From positions 1 through 55,554 of the IMG/VR virus record IMGVR_UViG_3300048587_001023: DNA of 55,554 bases; one strand, written 5' to 3'. Source of the stretch: a virus. Taxonomy: Duplodnaviria; Caudoviricetes. Shown here in pieces: positions 46,801 through 55,359 of the stretch; positions within the stretch are counted from its first letter, which is position 1, and every line of letters starts with the position of its first letter. The notes beneath the pieces are model-generated. The model had not been told where the DNA came from. It was given only the letters and a program-made list of their open reading frames with translations, and ran no database searches. The translations under genes were made by a program, and so were the position numbers.

Positions 46801-48975
46801 TACCAGCCCCGCTTCTTCCAGCCAAGCAATCGCCGTGCGAACGCGCGTGTCGTCGGTCGCGATATCGCGCTTGAACTTGCCCTCGTCATCTTCGTCGAGA
46901 ATTTCGCCACTGGTGGCAACGAGCGCCTGGCTGCGATCCTTCTTCCGCTGTAACTGACGAAGGGCGCGCAACACGCTCTGGATATCGCGTTGCGACAACC
47001 GCGATGAGGCCGACATGCCGTGCTGTCGCTCGACGTCCTCAGACGTGTAGAGCAGTACGCATCGCGCCTGTGCGCGGTCGCGACCTGCGCGGCCGGCTTC
47101 CTGCAGGTAGTTCTCCAGCGATCCGGGAATGTCCGCATGCACCACCAGGCGCACGTCTGGCTTATCGATACCCATGCCGAACGCATTGGTCGCGGCGATG
47201 ACACGAAGCTCCCCGCCGATGAAGGCCTTCTGCGTCACCTTCTTGGCTTCGGGCGGTAGCTTCGCGTGATACGGCGCGGCGGCAAGCCCCTTATCGCGCA
47301 GGAAGTCGGCTAGATCTTCCGTTTGCTTGCGAGTCGCGCAGTAAGCGATCGCACCGCCGGACATGTCCGGCGGAAGATCCCGCTCGATCAGCTCAAAGAC
47401 CCGAGTGAACTTTTCGCTCGCGGTGGTCTCAATGACGTCGAACTCGAGGTTGTCTCGCTTCGATCCGCCATCCAGAACCCGCACCTCCACACCCAGCTTT
47501 TCCCGGAAGTGCCCGACGATGTCGGCAACGACTTCGGGCTTGGCCGTAGCGGTCAAACACTGGATCAGCGGCAAATCGCCGCCCGGACTGGACTCGGCGT
47601 TCTCGCGAATAAACCGCGCGACATAGCGGTAATCCGGGCGGAAATCCTGCCCCCATTTGGACAGGCAGTGTGCTTCGTCAAAGATCCAAGCGCCGATCTC
47701 GCGCTGCGCCAGCACTTTTCGCACGCTCTTGTTGCGGAGTTGTTCCGGCGCGATGAGCAGAATACCGATGTCGCCGAGCCGCACTCGATCGAGCACATCG
47801 GCTCGCTCCGGCATCGACAGCAGGCCGTTGATCGCCGCGCAGGATTCGATGCCACGCTCGCGCAAGCCCTTGACCTGGTCCTCCATCAGCGCCACCAAGG
47901 GCGAGATGACGATGGACAGCGCACCGGTCCGCACGAAGCGCGACAGTGCGGGCACCTGATAGCACAGCGACTTTCCGGTGCCGGTGGGAAGGATGCCGAG
48001 CGCGTGTTCGCCACGCATTGCCGCCTCGACAATCACCTTCTGCAAGGGCTGTCCGCTCGCAGTGTCTTTCGGCTCGGGCCGGAAGTCGTAGGTCTGACCA
48101 AACCAGTGCTGCAACTGGGTCAGCGCATCGTGCTCGCGACGGCACCAGTCACAATCTACTTCTCCGCAGGGGGCGTCGCGCAGCGATCGGACCAACCGCC
48201 CTGCCTCCGGGAACTGGTGGCGCACCCACGGCGGCATCACAGAATTGCCGCCAGCCACCGACAGCCAGGCGAGTGCATAGGCCAGCGGCCAGGCCACGCG
48301 CTCGGCTTCGGAGGCAGCCTCCTCAATTAGCCGAGCGCTCGCGTGGCGACAGGCCGCGCCCTCCAATAGCCGGCCGATGGCGGCTTTGGCCTCGAGCTCG
48401 CTAGGCGTGCTGGCCCGGCGCACCACCATAAAGAACCGATTGAGCCCAGACACCTTGCCGTCCTGGGTGGTCAGCCAGTGCCAGGCGAGCAGCAGGTCCG
48501 GGGAGGACTCCTGCATCGCCTTGAGGGCCAATTCTTGATCAAGGAACACGCGCAGGACGAGTTCGGAATCGAGCAAGGGATCGTTGCGGCGATTGCCAAG
48601 CAACTGCCCGTCCTGGTAATGCTTGACGAGGTGGTGGTAGGGGTTACGCGGGAATGCGAGCGGGTTCAGGCGCAGCGTATCCACCGCGGGTTTATCGAGT
48701 AGCCGCAAGTTGGGTTCAGCCGCGCGCAACTGCGGCAAATCGAACGCGATCAGGTTGTGACCGATGACGAACGCCGCGGCGTCACCGAGGGAATCGAGTG
48801 CATCCAGCGCTTGGTGCAACGTTCCCGGTGGGAAAACCACGGTATCGCCGCTGTCCCCGCGAACGCCGGCTAGCTGATGGATGCGCCCGCTGTCTCGGCC
48901 GACCTCCAGATCGATCGCCAGACACTTTGCTCCGCGGCGGCCAGAGGCGCTGGACTGGTCATCCTGTGTGGTCAT
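43834..48975 (-). CDS. Multidomain 3'-5' exonuclease-like / RecQ helicase / UvrD helicase fusion (1713 aa)
   Basis: IDLEV...GHN...FD; PTGTGKSLCYQ, DEAHCLSKWGQDFRPDY, QEAGRAGRD; AGPGSGKT, VDEYQD, VGDDDQNIY, YVAMTRAR. Confidence 0.9.
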   Translation of the reverse strand: MTTQDDQSSASGRRGAKCLAIDLEVGRDSGRIHQLAGVRGDSGDTVVFPPGTLHQALDALDSLGDAAAFVIGHNLIAFDLPQLRAAEPNLRLLDKPAVDTLRLNPLAFPRNPYHHLVKHYQDGQLLGNRRNDPLLDSELVLRVFLDQELALKAMQESSPDLLLAWHWLTTQDGKVSGLNRFFMVVRRASTPSELEAKAAIGRLLEGAACRHASARLIEEAASEAERVAWPLAYALAWLSVAGGNSVMPPWVRHQFPEAGRLVRSLRDAPCGEVDCDWCRREHDALTQLQHWFGQTYDFRPEPKDTASGQPLQKVIVEAAMRGEHALGILPTGTGKSLCYQVPALSRFVRTGALSIVISPLVALMEDQVKGLRERGIESCAAINGLLSMPERADVLDRVRLGDIGILLIAPEQLRNKSVRKVLAQREIGAWIFDEAHCLSKWGQDFRPDYRYVARFIRENAESSPGGDLPLIQCLTATAKPEVVADIVGHFREKLGVEVRVLDGGSKRDNLEFDVIETTASEKFTRVFELIERDLPPDMSGGAIAYCATRKQTEDLADFLRDKGLAAAPYHAKLPPEAKKVTQKAFIGGELRVIAATNAFGMGIDKPDVRLVVHADIPGSLENYLQEAGRAGRDRAQARCVLLYTSEDVERQHGMSASSRLSQRDIQSVLRALRQLQRKKDRSQALVATSGEILDEDDEGKFKRDIATDDTRVRTAIAWLEEAGLVRREENAVQIFPSALRVKSLADAERKLAGVAISDRKKYLDLIQILLSAAADEGLSTDELMAATGFNADGLREALFLLDRLGIASNDLAMTAYVHVAVERSSKKRFEEAVSLERAVIATLREEAPDLEVGEGSPLHLRLLSQRLKDDGFAALPQRLRQIIAGLAGDGRDGSEGRGSLTLKRGHDPETVYIELNRPWSTVEEIAERRRTAAGRLLDHWIASLPKGARGVDQLAETTFGELTASVAGDALLVNSTPDLRKLVERALLWLHEQEVLRLNKGLAIFRSAMTLNLESNWKLQFEKSNFQPLALHYDELTRQIHIMAEYAERGRQKMADALNLAMDYFRLSREEFCRRWLPGRESELTRQTTPQSWEAIVETLSRPHQRNIVADDRENTNVLVLAGPGSGKTRVLVHRIAYLVRVRRENPNALLALAYNRHAALEIRRRLAELIGDDARRVTVLTCHGLAMRLVGASFAQRSEEADFDAVLAEATALLEGRDLPPEDADTQRDRLLAGFRWILVDEYQDIDEGQYKLISALAGRKRSDEDGRLNLFAVGDDDQNIYGFAGASVEFIRRFADDYQAKTQFLIENYRSTRHIVDAANAVIAVASERMKAEAIRVNAARAKSHPGGDWQKIDLVGQGRVQILPAGQSATEQALAVYTEFKRMMALGLDPKKTAVIARQWKFLDPLRAALEAAGMPVVMADEQSPPLWRLRETQTLLAYLDERQKVSRSRLLTADDIQAWLALQDGAGWWPMVVEAIAAFAEDTQGAEVSLPVFRDWLAEWGRASRRDQQGVMLLTAHRAKGLEFDHVFVLDGEWRAGSNEDQDAVRRLYYVAMTRARATLTLARLDAGNEILDGLDDHPALFRRPQAGRLPAPGPMSYRYFKLAMRDVDLGHAGRQGAGSRTHQAIAALRVGDPLRYVADERGIRLEDQAGVVVGKLSKRFVPPTGLHCQAARVGAVLAWRKSDSKPEYQSQYLCEGWDVVLPELVFAP

Positions 48976-49577
48976 GCCACGGCCTCCATATAGGGCCGCA
49001 TCACATTGGCCACGCGACTTAGTGTCGCGTAGCGCCACAGGTCGTCCGCCGATGCTTTGCGCTTGCTGCGCACGTCCTTCAGCGCCTCGAGCGCCACGTC
49101 CAGACCAATCTTGTTCCGATGCTTGAAGCAGTCGGCCACCGTTTTGGCGGCGCAGTACACACGCAGCTTCACGCCGTCGCGCTCAAACGTCTCGATGCCC
49201 TCGGAATAAGCCGCACCGGTCATCTGCACCATCTTGATCGGCGGAAAGTCGAGCCGGGGCACGTGGCTACCGCGCGGCATGGAGATCCAGACATGGCGAG
49301 GCAGTTGCGTGGTCAGTTCGTGGAATTGCAGCGCCGTCAGCAGGCAGAGCACGGCCTGCGGCACTCGGGTCGCGACGGCAGCCAGACCCTCGTGCTCCGA
49401 ACCCGGTTGGCTGGGCAGGCGGTAGAGCCCTCGCCCGACCCTCTCAAGCAAGCCGGAGGCGGTCAGTCGCGTGAGAACAATGCGTGGCGCTTGGATCTCA
49501 TCCAGATCGCTGGCTCGCAGCAGGCCCTTCTGGCTGACCAGATCAAGGACGCGCTGGATGTGGGTGTCAGCCGGCAT
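48972..49577 (-). CDS. AbiEi-family antitoxin / transcriptional regulator (no AbiEii partner)
   Basis: LERVGRGLY, CLLTALQFHELTTQLP, KTVADCFKHRNKIGLDVALEAL. Confidence 0.88.
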   Translation of the reverse strand: MPADTHIQRVLDLVSQKGLLRASDLDEIQAPRIVLTRLTASGLLERVGRGLYRLPSQPGSEHEGLAAVATRVPQAVLCLLTALQFHELTTQLPRHVWISMPRGSHVPRLDFPPIKMVQMTGAAYSEGIETFERDGVKLRVYCAAKTVADCFKHRNKIGLDVALEALKDVRSKRKASADDLWRYATLSRVANVMRPYMEAVA

Positions 49578-49732
49578 GACAGGAGCATGTTGCGTTTATT
49601 CGTCAGATGCAACGTTTCGACGAAAAACAGGAACAGACTCGTTTCCTATGCAATCAGCCACATCGGATGCCATTGGCAGGGCCACGGCCAATCTCGCCGG
49701 CTGTCGGCCCGCCGATGCGTGGCGATACTGGC

Positions 49733-49810
49733 GGCGAAAATGGCGAAATCAGCGAAATTAGTGCCGTGGCAAACACTTGCGACTGATCCGCCCCGGCGAA
49801 ATCAGCGAAA
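49733..49810. repeat. GCGAAA repeat cluster with 16-bp direct repeat
   Basis: GGCGAAATCAGCGAAA at 49742-49757 and 49795-49810, plus another GGCGAAA just before the first copy. Confidence 0.7.
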
Positions 49811-49873
49811 AAATCCCCACGCCGCTCCGGCGGTCGCCAACCGATATAACCGCAGCGGTGGGCTCAACAGGGC

Positions 49874-50440
49874 TCACGAACTGGCAATTGGCGGAGGCGC
49901 CAGGCCCACATCAGCGTCGGCGCGACGGCAGGGCCGCAGGTGATGCACTTCCCAGCGAAACAGTTCCTCGATGCTGAAACGGATCACCTTCGCATCCCCT
50001 AGCACATAGAACGGAATGCCCAAGCGCCGCCGACACGCGTCCTGGACGAGCCAGTGACCTGGAATTCCGCTGATCTCCGTGGCCTTCTTGACGTCGAACA
50101 GGACCATGTCGCGGCGACCAACGCGGCGTATCGTCATCTGCCGGATGGCGTCCTCGCGGGCTGTTGGCGACGACTCGGACAACGCGCCTCCGTCCTTGGA
50201 CCGCCACGTGACTTGCGCCTTGCGCTCGAACGTTTCGATCTCGATCAGTAGGTAACGGACCTGTCGGGCCAGGTGCCAGGCGGGTGGCCCGATTCCCTCC
50301 CTGCGCCACCGCTGCAGCGTCTTGGGCGACAGATTCCATCTCGATGACAGTGTCGACTCGTCGAGGGCCGGATAGATGATGTGCGGGGCCAGAGGGTTAA
50401 CGACTGCGGGTTGCGCGAGCGACTCAACCTTGTGCGTCAT
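49874..50440 (-). CDS. Double Xis/AlpA-like HTH protein
   Basis: RWNLSPKTLQRWRREGIGP and a second domain GIPFYVLG...IRFSIEELFRW. Confidence 0.7.
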   Translation of the reverse strand: MTHKVESLAQPAVVNPLAPHIIYPALDESTLSSRWNLSPKTLQRWRREGIGPPAWHLARQVRYLLIEIETFERKAQVTWRSKDGGALSESSPTAREDAIRQMTIRRVGRRDMVLFDVKKATEISGIPGHWLVQDACRRRLGIPFYVLGDAKVIRFSIEELFRWEVHHLRPCRRADADVGLAPPPIASS

Positions 50441-50795
50441 CGTGCTTCTCCACGACGGCGACTTCAGCGGCCGCGAGACTGCCGTACTGCGCGATCAGCG
50501 CTACGGCCTCGCTCAAGGTGTACCGCTTCGGCTCGGGGTCGGCAGGCGCATCAACCTCGGCGACCAAACGGGTTTCGACCAGTGGCCGGAGCGGCGGCAG
50601 CGGCGCGTCTTCGCGCATTCCGCGGTGCTGCTGTTGCTCATAGGCCACGATGTCCTCGACGGCGTAGCGCACCGCCTTGGAGAGCTTGAAGAAGGGAGGC
50701 CCTCGCTTTTCAGAGCGCCAACGCTGCAGCGTCTTGACACTGACGTTCCAGCGCAGGGCAAGCTCGCTCTCGTTGAATGCAGTCTCCGTCGGCAT
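50424..50795 (-). CDS. Xis/AlpA-like HTH protein
   Basis: ELALRWNVSVKTLQRWRSEKRGPPFFKLSKAVRY; RBS GGAGG. Confidence 0.8.
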   Translation of the reverse strand: MPTETAFNESELALRWNVSVKTLQRWRSEKRGPPFFKLSKAVRYAVEDIVAYEQQQHRGMREDAPLPPLRPLVETRLVAEVDAPADPEPKRYTLSEAVALIAQYGSLAAAEVAVVEKHDDAQG

Positions 50796-51026
50796 CGCTT
50801 CGCCTCCCGTTTTCGGTTCCGCGAATTACGGTCACGAAGGGCGCCAAAGCCAAGTCGGCAGGCGTCCCAGGGCACCGGGCTGACTGCGGCGCCTACCGCT
50901 CAGTCCTCCAATTTTTGCGGGCCGAGCGTCTCTGCGGGCGGGCTAAATCCTTCCGCACACCGGCGCATATCTAGCGGGGTTTCAGCACACCTTGTAGGCT
51001 GTGCACGGGCGCGGGTTTGGTTTAGC

Positions 51027-51145
51027 GGCGGACTCCGCCACCATCCCCAGAGCCTTATAGAACGCGGCCTGCAGCGACTTCTTGGCTTAGCGTTCCGTCG
51101 CGCCTTTTTGGCCTTCGACCGTTCTGGTGCCTACCCGGTGCCTAC
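51027..51145. other. Candidate att junction
   Basis: GGCGGACTCCGCCA (tRNA-Ser-like 3' end CTCCGCCA) and GGTGCCTAC direct repeats at 51126 and 51137. Confidence 0.3.
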
Positions 51146-51369
51146 TTGTCCCGGGCTAGGGGCCCCGACACCGCTTTCGGCAGCATCATCCGCTGATAGG
51201 CGCCACGGTCACGCAGGGTGAACCGCACCGGATCAGCGAATGCGGCCGAGCAGCCGCAGCAGGCGAACAGGGGCAGCGTATAGGGCGCTCGGCCAGGTCG
51301 GTCGATCTGCACCGCTTCAAAGGACGTGCAGTCGCACAGCGGGCAGCGGAAACGCATGGTCGTGGTCAT
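51142..51369 (-). CDS. Small zinc-ribbon-like protein
   Basis: CPLC...CCGC. Confidence 0.45.
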   Translation of the reverse strand: MTTTMRFRCPLCDCTSFEAVQIDRPGRAPYTLPLFACCGCSAAFADPVRFTLRDRGAYQRMMLPKAVSGPLARDK

Positions 51370-51418
51370 GCGCTGATGGTTGCGCCGATGCGTCTCACCG
51401 CCTGAGCGGCGCAGTCCG

Positions 51419-51808
51419 CTACTTCATCGATCTGCGCGCCACCGCCGCTTGGATGATAGTCGACCAGTACCGCATGGCCTCTGCATCGCGTTCTGAGTTC
51501 TCGTCCATAGCGGCAGGGTCATCCGCCGACTCGATGCCCGCCCTTGTCACCCCCTTCGCGGTCAGTGACAGCCCATGTTTGCTCGCAAGGGCTTGCGCTA
51601 GGGACTCCGGGTCCGGATGCGAGTCCACCAATGCATGGATGACGCTCTCAGCCGCGTGCAGTTTGGTCTGCATTGCAATCAACCAACTCGACTGAGTGGT
51701 GATCGCCTCAGAATTGCGAGCAATTTGTTCTTGAGCACTTCTGAGAATGTCAGTCAGGCCGTTCACTGCCGAAGATTGCGCGGTAACCAATTCCTTGAGC
51801 GAACCCAT
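51419..51808 (-). CDS. Hypothetical coiled-coil protein (129 aa)
   Basis: MGSLKELVTAQ...; helical composition, AT-richer codons. Confidence 0.45.
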   Translation of the reverse strand: MGSLKELVTAQSSAVNGLTDILRSAQEQIARNSEAITTQSSWLIAMQTKLHAAESVIHALVDSHPDPESLAQALASKHGLSLTAKGVTRAGIESADDPAAMDENSERDAEAMRYWSTIIQAAVARRSMK

Positions 51809-52116
51809 TGCCGCGCCCCGATGGCGGCGACTGGCTGCGCGACTATCGCGCCGTGGGCCGAAACGTTCTGAGATCAGATCGAGCGCGGGGTACTCGGCGG
51901 ACAGAGGCGGTTTGGACCGCTGTTCGCGGCGCATGGTCATCGCCAACATCTTGCTGCAGCAGGGCACGTTGGCCACTCTCGGCGTGGTCGCGATCGCGTG
52001 CTGGCGGCGCTGCTGGGGATCGCGGTGCCGTGCCATGGGTTGTGGCGTTGCGGGCCGGCGGGTCGGGTCAGACGCGTCAGGTCGAAGCTCGGGTGACCAG
52101 TCCGCATACTGGTGCG

Positions 52117-53205
52117 ATGCCGGTCTTCTCCGCTATCGAGCTGCTGCAGGCGCTGGTGATGCTGCCTAGCCTGCTGCTGTCTGCATTTCTGTTTTGGCGG
52201 GGGATACTGTGGCCCCTGGCGGCATTTCTGGGCCTGCTGGGATTGCAGCTGGGGTGGAATCTGGCGTTGGCGCAGGGCTTATCGGTGCCGCCTGAGCTCG
52301 GGGCGGGTCTGGACTTCGCGTATGGGCCGCTGGTGCTGGCCTTGGTGCGACACTTGGGCTGGCGCGCGCGGCCGATGTTGAGCGCCTGGCATGCATTGCC
52401 TGCCCTGCTGATGCCGCCGGCGCTCATCGCCTGGCCCGTTCTCAGCGACTGGATCGGCTGGCTGCTCGGTGCCACATCGACCGCGTATCTGTTGCGGGCC
52501 CAGTTCGAACTCGATCGCTTCCATCGGGCGTTGCGTGCCACCCATTCCGCTTTCGAGGCGCAGAGCCTGGTCTGGCTTCGCAAGGCCATCTGGGGTTTGC
52601 TGGGGGTGTTCGCGCTGGACCTCATGCGAGTGGCGATGCGGCCGCGCTGGCCAGAATCCGAGCCCGCCTTGATTGCCGCCATCTATATCGGAGCGCTGGC
52701 GTTCGTATGCGCGCTGGTCTGGCGGGGATTGCAGCAGCCGGCCCTGTTTTCGGGCATCAGCGAGGACGAACAGGATCTCGCAGAACCACCGGGTCCCGTG
52801 CCGTTAGCCGGCGACCCACAGCAATCGTTGGCGGGCGTGGCTGAGCGCATCCAGTCGCACCTGCGCGAAGCCAGGCCCCACCTCGATCCCGATTTGACGG
52901 TACAGGGCTTGTCCGACCAGCTTCGGCTGCCCGCCAAACTCGTATCGTCTGCGATCAATCAGCACCTGGGGCGCAATTTCAACGATCTGATCAATTCGGC
53001 CCGGGTCGAAGCGGCCTGCAGGCTGCTGCGCGACCCCGCCCGCCGCAACGACAAGCTGCTGGCCATCCAGCTCGATGCCGGATTCGGATCACGCACCGTG
53101 TTCAATGCCGCCTTCAAGCGCGAAACCGGACTGACGCCCAGCCAATGGCGCCAGAGCAAGCACACAGACGGGCCGCCGGCCGACAAACCGCTTTCGGAAT
53201 CCTGA
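52117..53205 (+). CDS. Membrane-anchored AraC-family transcriptional regulator
   Basis: Several N-terminal hydrophobic helices; LDPDLTV...NFNDLINSARV...AGFGSRTVFNAAFKRETGLTPSQW. Confidence 0.9.
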   Translation: MPVFSAIELLQALVMLPSLLLSAFLFWRGILWPLAAFLGLLGLQLGWNLALAQGLSVPPELGAGLDFAYGPLVLALVRHLGWRARPMLSAWHALPALLMPPALIAWPVLSDWIGWLLGATSTAYLLRAQFELDRFHRALRATHSAFEAQSLVWLRKAIWGLLGVFALDLMRVAMRPRWPESEPALIAAIYIGALAFVCALVWRGLQQPALFSGISEDEQDLAEPPGPVPLAGDPQQSLAGVAERIQSHLREARPHLDPDLTVQGLSDQLRLPAKLVSSAINQHLGRNFNDLINSARVEAACRLLRDPARRNDKLLAIQLDAGFGSRTVFNAAFKRETGLTPSQWRQSKHTDGPPADKPLSES

Positions 53206-53235
53206 GTTTGCTGTCCGGAATCCGGATTCCGGACA
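53195..53235. promoter_or_regulatory. Candidate AraC operator: 24-bp perfect palindrome plus direct repeat
   Basis: TGTCCGGAATCCGGATTCCGGACA (53212-53235); CGGAATCC at 53195 and 53216, 21 bp apart. Confidence 0.55.
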
Positions 53236-53310
53236 TCTTGCTTCAGGGCGCGAGGCACACTGCCCACGCGCTCCCGCCGGTGCGCAAGCCCCCGCCAACG
53301 AGCCCCCCTG

Positions 53311-55125
53311 ATGCGCCTGCCACGAAAGTTTCGAACCCTGCCCCTGCTGCTGACCCTGCTATGCGGACATGCGATCGGCGCATCCTCAGACCTGGCCGAT
53401 CTCCCGCAACAGATCGAGGCCGAACTTCAGCGCAGCGGCGTGCGCGGTGCCAGCTACGCGGTGTTCGACCAGGGCGGTGTGATTGTCTCGGGTGCCGCTG
53501 GCGCCGCCGATCTGGCGCGGCAGCGGCCGATGACCGCGCGCACGCTGATGCGGGCCGGCTCGATCACGAAGACGCTGACCGCCATCGCGGTGCTGCGGAT
53601 GATCGAACAGGGCCGGTTCCAGTTGCACACGCCGGTTCGCGAACTGCTGCCGGAGGCTCCGGTGGTGAATGCCTGGGAGGCGAGCGACCCGATCCGGGTC
53701 ATGCATCTGCTGGAACACAGCGCCGGCTTCGATGACACCAGCCTCGGCAAACTGTTTGTAGCCGAAGAAGCGCGCGACGGCCACCTCGCCAGCCTGCTCG
53801 CCGATCCGCGACCGCTGACCGCACGCTGGCGCCCGGGCACGATGATGAGCTACGCCAACCCCGGCTACGCGCTGCTGGCCGCAATCATGGAGCAGCAGAC
53901 CGGGCTGACCTGGGAAGACATCGTTCGCAACGAGGTGCTGCGGCCGCTGGGAATGCGCGACAGCGTGCTCACCATCGCCGAAGCGACCCTGCGCGAATAC
54001 GCCACCGGCTATCGTGGTGACGACATGCACGCGGTGCCGCTGCTGCCGATGCCCGACCGCGCCGCCGGCGCCCTGTGGACTACGCCGGAAGACCTGAGCC
54101 GCCTCGGGCGCTTCCTGATGAGCGACGGCGCCAGCGCACCGGGCGTGTTGCCCGCCGAGACCGTTCGGGCAATGAAGACGGTCCATTCGACCCTGGCCGC
54201 GAAGGCGGGGCTGGCCTGGGGCTATGGCTTCGGCGTGCAGCGCAGCGCCGTCCTGGGTGCCGAGTGGCTGGGCCACACCGGCAGCGTCTATGGCGCCGGC
54301 GCAAGCCTGCAATACCAGCCGCAGCGTGGCCTGGGCTACGTGCTGATGGTGAACACCGACGAAGTGGGCGAGCTGGCCGCACCGCTGGCGCAATTTATCC
54401 TCAGCCAGCCAGCGCCGGACGCAACGACGCCGCCCAAGGTCGCCATCAGCGGCGATATCGATGGCTGGTATCGCCGCCGTGATAGCCGTCCCGAACTCGG
54501 TGCCGGCATCAACTGGCTGCTGGGTGTCGTCCGGGTGTGGCGTGACCCGGCGGATGCCCGGCAGCTGTACATTCAGGAGCCGCTGTCCGAACCCAGCGCC
54601 TACAGCTCACCCGATAACCGCTGCCTGGTCCGGGACAATACCGGCCTGATCCGTTCGGTCCTGATTCGTGAGGGCGGCCGCGTCACTGCCATGGATCTCA
54701 ATGGCGGCCTCTTCATGGAACGCGTGTCGGCAGGCTCCGCGGTCGCGCCGCTGCTGATCGCCGGCTTCAGCGTCATCGCCCTGGTGACCGCCCCGTTCGG
54801 GCGCCGTCGCGTCTTGCGCAACCTGTGGCTGCGACGCCTGCCAAGCTTGGTGTTGATCTCGCTGATTGCATTCATCGCACTGATGTTCCAGCTTGATCTG
54901 ACCACGCTCGGACAGATCAATGCCGTCGCCATCGGCATCCTGCTCAGCACCTCGCTGCTGCCCGTTTTTGCCGTGGCCGGCCTGCTGCTGAGCGTGCTGA
55001 CCTGGAAACAGGAGCCGGCACGGGTGGCCAAGCTGCGCTGCCTGCTGGCTTCGCTGGGCGCTTGCTGGATCGCGCTGTTCTTCGCCTGCTTCCATGGCTT
55101 CGCGCTGCGTATCTGGCAGTGGTAG
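53311..55125 (+). CDS. Serine hydrolase, beta-lactamase/AmpC-like superfamily, with C-terminal membrane helices
   Basis: Signal peptide, SITK (SxxK), YAN (YxN), GHTG. Confidence 0.88.
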   Translation: MRLPRKFRTLPLLLTLLCGHAIGASSDLADLPQQIEAELQRSGVRGASYAVFDQGGVIVSGAAGAADLARQRPMTARTLMRAGSITKTLTAIAVLRMIEQGRFQLHTPVRELLPEAPVVNAWEASDPIRVMHLLEHSAGFDDTSLGKLFVAEEARDGHLASLLADPRPLTARWRPGTMMSYANPGYALLAAIMEQQTGLTWEDIVRNEVLRPLGMRDSVLTIAEATLREYATGYRGDDMHAVPLLPMPDRAAGALWTTPEDLSRLGRFLMSDGASAPGVLPAETVRAMKTVHSTLAAKAGLAWGYGFGVQRSAVLGAEWLGHTGSVYGAGASLQYQPQRGLGYVLMVNTDEVGELAAPLAQFILSQPAPDATTPPKVAISGDIDGWYRRRDSRPELGAGINWLLGVVRVWRDPADARQLYIQEPLSEPSAYSSPDNRCLVRDNTGLIRSVLIREGGRVTAMDLNGGLFMERVSAGSAVAPLLIAGFSVIALVTAPFGRRRVLRNLWLRRLPSLVLISLIAFIALMFQLDLTTLGQINAVAIGILLSTSLLPVFAVAGLLLSVLTWKQEPARVAKLRCLLASLGACWIALFFACFHGFALRIWQW

Positions 55126-55269
55126 CCCAGCACCCAGCTGGCTCTTCGCCATGGCGAAAACACACACCAAGAACCTGCATACCACGCTGGGCGCGCTCGC
55201 CGTCGCGGGGCTGTGCTGGCGCCATCGGCCAAGGACGACACCGGCGCGAATGGATTTTCGCTGAAAGCC

Positions 55270-55359
55270 CGTAGGACGGGTTGAGCACAGCGATGCCCAT
55301 CGGCCACACGAACACGCGAACACGCGCGAAGTGATGGGCTTCTGGCGCCACATCCTACG
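55270..55359. repeat. Degenerate inverted pair of GTAG-type REP sequences (REPIN-like)
   Basis: CGTAGGACGGGTTGAGCACAGCGATGCCCATC ... GATGGGCTTCTGGCGCCACATCCTACG. Confidence 0.55.

Noticed and set aside
53311-55125. Clinical beta-lactamase resistance gene
   Set aside because: The motifs show only superfamily membership; the 604-aa length and C-terminal membrane helices fit a peptidase/esterase-type serine hydrolase better.
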